From a virus: a stretch of DNA of 52,618 bases. The stretch spans positions 1 through 52,618 of IMG/VR virus record IMGVR_UViG_3300009826_000007; one strand, given 5' to 3'. The position numbers were made by a program, and so were the translations under genes. Position 1 is the stretch's first letter, and the number at the start of each line of letters is the position of its first letter. Shown in pieces: positions 51,177-52,618 of the stretch. The notes under the pieces were generated by a model that made no database searches, was not told the DNA's origin, and was given only the letters and a program-made list of their open reading frames with translations.

Positions 51177-52618
51177 CTAAAATAATATTTTTAACAGCCG
51201 TGTAACATTGCCGTGTGATTTAACGATAACGCTTTCCCGTTTCGTGGACGAGAATCCCAATCCCGAAAGCTGATTTTTATTATATGGTACTGTCATTTTG
51301 CCGCCTAATATCTCAAAAACTTTTCTATGTTCGTTTAATTCTTCGATTAAAAATTCGTTAAAAAACCCGCGTGTTTCCTTTGGATTTCGGCAACCCGCCA
51401 TCATAAATAAAAAATGTTTGTTTCCGACAGCAGAACCCGGCCAATAATTGGGCGATAAACACATCAAATTTACCCGTTGCATGGTCTGTGTGTGAATATT
51501 CCACACTTTTCGGACTGACTCACCGGACGGTATGAAAGATTCCAGTATTTGGAAACCCCCCGCCTTATCCAATTCAATTTTACAAACGGGTACGAATTCG
51601 CCATGTTTGACAGGTTTTTCGTATTTGAAATTATGAATTTTCCCACACAATTCCAGTTCGACTTCGAATCCTGTGTCATCGGCGGAACGCGAGCGCTTGC
51701 TAAAATTGTTTACTACCAGCGTGTAAATGCCTTTTTTCATGCTCTTGACATTTTGATAAAAAATATTTTCCACAGCATCATTAACGAATGGGTCGTGGGC
51801 ATTCATATCAACATCCAATTGCCCGCCATATGGTGATTTTTTTGCGCCATAATATATCCGAAATTTATTTGGTTCAATCAAATGTAAATCCAAATCATTG
51901 TAATTATGCCATGACAAACTGGCACGAAAATCACCCGTCACATTTCCACCTGCCGCCTTCACACGCTGTTTAATTGAATCTGTGGCATCCCCGTTATATG
52001 TCCACGTGAAATTGTTTGACCATTTAAACAAATGGCGCTGTGGGGCATCCTCGCGTGTTTCGGGGGCAATCAGCGAGACTAGGTTAGGAATGTGTTTACT
52101 CTCAAACAAAATTTCTAATTCGGTCGTATGCGGTAAAACATCCCGGACAAACCTGTCAATTTTGATTTCTGTCGGTTGTGTTCCGCCCGCGATATATTTC
52201 TTGGGTTTTGTAGGCGCGAGACCGTCAAATCCGTTATTTTGCGCCTTTATTTGTGTGGAACGGTCAACAAATAACATGTTATTGACTGAAATATCATCCA
52301 TACGCGCATGACGGCGCGTCAACATGGCGGTCAACCCCAATTCCTCGCATTTAGATTTTGCGGAATCAATCATCGACTGTGTAATTAACGCCGTGGGTCG
52401 TTTGTAATTTTCCGGTGCAACCATTTTTTCGTATTTGCGGACGGCTATTTCTAATTCTTCCCCGCCGCTCAAATCCAAAAGCAATGCACCGATAACACTG
52501 TTCTTTATGCGCAAAACGGATTCGGGTGTGTTTCCAACGTGAATCCATGCATCGTGGGAATAGTCGAAATGAGTGAGGTAGGTTAATAACATATTTTTAA
52601 ATTCTATGCCGCGATACA
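51177..52618 (-). CDS. 3' part of the junction-spanning 677-aa ORF
   Basis: The frame stays open upstream of the track Met (52592) to the window end. Contains LSWHNYNDLDLHLIEP...GGQLDVDMN, which resembles a YfaP/DUF2135-type beta-sandwich as I recall it. Confidence 0.8.
   Translation of the reverse strand, partial: YRGIEFKNMLLTYLTHFDYSHDAWIHVGNTPESVLRIKNSVIGALLLDLSGGEELEIAVRKYEKMVAPENYKRPTALITQSMIDSAKSKCEELGLTAMLTRRHARMDDISVNNMLFVDRSTQIKAQNNGFDGLAPTKPKKYIAGGTQPTEIKIDRFVRDVLPHTTELEILFESKHIPNLVSLIAPETREDAPQRHLFKWSNNFTWTYNGDATDSIKQRVKAAGGNVTGDFRASLSWHNYNDLDLHLIEPNKFRIYYGAKKSPYGGQLDVDMNAHDPFVNDAVENIFYQNVKSMKKGIYTLVVNNFSKRSRSADDTGFEVELELCGKIHNFKYEKPVKHGEFVPVCKIELDKAGGFQILESFIPSGESVRKVWNIHTQTMQRVNLMCLSPNYWPGSAVGNKHFLFMMAGCRNPKETRGFFNEFLIEELNEHRKVFEILGGKMTVPYNKNQLSGLGFSSTKRESVIVKSHGNVTRLLKILF
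52496..52618. repeat. Second copy of the 123-bp terminal overlap
   Basis: Identical to 1-123. Confidence 0.97.

Overview
The window is a complete phage genome. Bases 1-123 are identical to 52496-52618, so the contig closes into a circle of about 52,495 bp or is terminally redundant. It looks like a temperate siphovirus, possibly a phage-plasmid hybrid, of a low-GC Firmicute-like host. The host guess rests on the SLH-type wall-binding domain of the endolysin.

Plus strand, 3.4-32.7 kb:
- tRNA-Gln(UUG), small and large terminase, portal, minor head protein, scaffold and major capsid.
- Connectors, tail tube, chaperone pair, a 2,073-aa tape measure, and baseplate/fibre genes.
- Amidase_3-SLH endolysin and holins.
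- A cargo block of unknown genes (26.8-32.7 kb).

Minus strand, 1575->1 and wrapping to 52618->32751:
- One long early/replication/maintenance array.
- It holds a Sak4-like ATPase, a DUF669-like protein, an MCM-like AAA+ protein, a replisome organizer and a DnaC-like loader.
- It also holds a DUF1064-like nuclease, a C5-methyltransferase core, a ParM-like actin and a tyrosine integrase at the distal end.

Main second-look items:
1. A group I intron with a GIY-YIG homing endonuclease splits a 244-aa gene of unknown function (29.9-30.9 kb).
2. Three copies of a cassette with a 100%-identical 85-bp core carry an 11-bp perfect palindrome that creates overlapping face-to-face promoters. Two copies drive paralogous hexapeptide beta-helix proteins.
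3. That beta-helix family has three members with shared N-domains, swapped C-domains and 18-bp tandem coding repeats.
4. Two homologous arrays of GGTTCC iterons are phased at exactly 11 bp. One lies inside the replisome-organizer gene and one lies upstream of the MCM-like gene.
5. The MCM-like protein appears to lack the Walker B acidic pair and the arginine finger.
6. The C5-methyltransferase has motif VIII fused directly to motif X, with no target-recognition domain.
7. A 1.85-kb ORF-free region (1576-3423) is dense with repeats, operator-like palindromes, long hairpins and an 82% GC island.
8. A 677-aa ORF spans the contig junction and is missing from the ORF track.

No database or covariance-model search was possible. 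All family names are motif-level recognition from memory plus gene order.
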